DNA of 61,898 nucleotides, counting the filler, from Basidiobolus ranarum (taxonomy: Eukaryota), in assembly GCA_040143965.1 (NCBI GenBank). It is 18 parts of 18 records of this genome, joined end to end, with 100 filler letters (N's around TTAATTAATTAA, not from the genome) between each part and the next. Parts side by side here need not be neighbours in the genome. Positions count along the whole stretch, not along the records: positions 58,572 to 61,898 come from JASJQH010002563.1; 17 more parts are not named here. One strand, 5' to 3'. Within the stretch, counting starts at the first letter, position 1. Every line of letters starts with the position of its first letter. Under the pieces are notes generated by a model. It made no database searches. It was not told the DNA's origin and saw nothing but the letters and a program-made list of their open reading frames with translations. Shown here piece by piece: positions 60,320 to 61,898 of the stretch. Both the position numbers and the translations under genes were made by a program.

Positions 60320-61898
60320 TTTACGAGAGGATTCAAATTAACTACGGTTGGTTTATTTATTGATGCACAGTTTATATATGTGTGTATTTTTAACGATACA
60401 CCAAGAGGTCATTTAAAACTCACTCCCTATATGCACCCAACGGTTGTATATATCAACAACTTTCGGCAATATTAGGGGTGCGTATTGCGCTGTCTAACAT
60501 AAATGTAACCTTCAAAAATACTTGACTCCGAAAGTCACTGTTGAGGATTACTGTAAAACCATAAATCATATGAAGTAGATTTGTAGCATGATGACTACCA
60601 CTATATAATCATTTGACTCTACATTTCAGTGTCACTACGTCACTGGCAGAGCTAATTGAAGAGCAAACTAAATTCGTATGATAACATATTACTGGCGACG
60701 CAGTGTATTGTATACAGGTTCCATGGAATATTTGTGTACTCTGTGTATAGTTGAGCCTTTTTGAAACTCCCCACACTTTGGGTAATCATAGAGTAATATT
60801 ATATATTGAATATACAGTATGTACTATACGTAAACCTATTTCGAGGGTGCATCATTACTCAAAGCTCCATGAATGCGAGCTAGCATTCCATTGAATTTGC
60901 GTAAATATCTTGCCTTTTAATCGAACATGCATGCCCTTTGTTTTACCAAACAAAGACTCGGATGATGCCTAAATATGGAAATATCTGAAATCACAAAATT
61001 ATTACCAAGTGTAACACCCAAACTTTTGAAAATTGAACTAGACTACCTTAAGGCTAATGATATACTAAGAGTTATGGTAACGTTCTACTAAAAGTGTAAC
61101 GCGAAGCAGCATCATCCAAAAGCAGATATATACTGGTTTATCACCTATGGATGATGATTGCCAGGGATTCCTATATCTTAATTTTGTTCCCATCTCGGCG
61201 GTACAAAATCGGGAAACATCATCGATAGGAACTGGTTTCGGTATATGATGCTTTATCCAGTTACCGACTGGTTTAAAATCAAATCTGATGATTTGTGTAA
61301 TTTGCAATCGTTCACCGCACGACTATCTGGAGTACAAATATTTATTGATATGACTACAATCGTTGTAGAACCAAAACACATGGGGTGATACAAGATACAT
61401 CTTTAGTTCGGTACAAGGTTTCAGTCACAAGAAAGTATGTCCACTCATCTAATGGTTCAACAGTGAGGAATGCCAAAATGAGTCCATGTTAAATAAAATA
61501 CTCCCGTATAATGATATTATGCTCTTACCATTGGGAAAAGCAAAGTTCGGAGCATTCAGTTCATAGACCAATAGCTTACTTTCTTATGTTTACCATAAAA
61601 CTTGGTGTGAATTGTTAATTTCCATGTTATTGAGAGTCAAATTTTTCGACAAGAGATAATTCGTTGCGCGATAACTTTGTGCCAGATCCCATCCTGCTGA
61701 GGTGAAATACCTCAAGTTTCTGTATTGTTTGTTGTATTTATCATCCATTTATTGGCTAAATGTTACGTAATAGGGTTAGGGTAGGGGGGAGACAGTCACC
61801 AACAGGTGAAATCTTTATTTCAAACAAAACAAAGAAGCCAAAACTACTTTTGTAGTTTCTTAATCAAAGTGTGAAGTTCTGGAGTATTGGTGTGAATG

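Noticed and set aside
61770-61790. TAGGGTTAGGGTAGGG as a telomere
   Set aside because: Only about two units, internal to the contig.

Overview
This window is not one locus. It is 18 unrelated contigs of about 3.33-3.36 kb, sorted by decreasing length and joined by 17 artificial 100-nt linkers (N44-TTAATTAATTAA-N44), so no synteny can be read across linkers. The DNA is AT-rich eukaryotic, with short (about 57-80 nt) GT-AG introns. Gene content (CBM19 mucin, AA11-like LPMO, GH46, fungal RPP2/RPS31, LETM1) points to a fungus, probably an early-diverging one such as Basidiobolus/Zoopagomycota (inference only). Roughly half the sequence is decayed, CpG-depleted transposon DNA: two related Ty1/copia families (LTR-A about 347 bp, LTR-B about 352 bp with a half-tRNA-iMet PBS), Ty3/gypsy fragments, a CACTA/CMC-type DNA transposon with CCCTAAC-like termini and an unclassified companion ORF, and a Harbinger-like fragment. 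The most notable genes are: (1) a secreted pre-pro CHAP-domain (bacterial peptidoglycan hydrolase-type) protein at 285-1, absent from the ORF track; (2) an intron-containing quinone-synthetase-type NRPS-like gene (T-TE portion, Ser/Asn/His triad); (3) an intronless secreted GH46 chitosanase next to RPP2; and (4) an unknown, probably mitochondrial protein built from three novel repeats of about 55 aa. All family calls are by-eye motif recognition; no database search was run.
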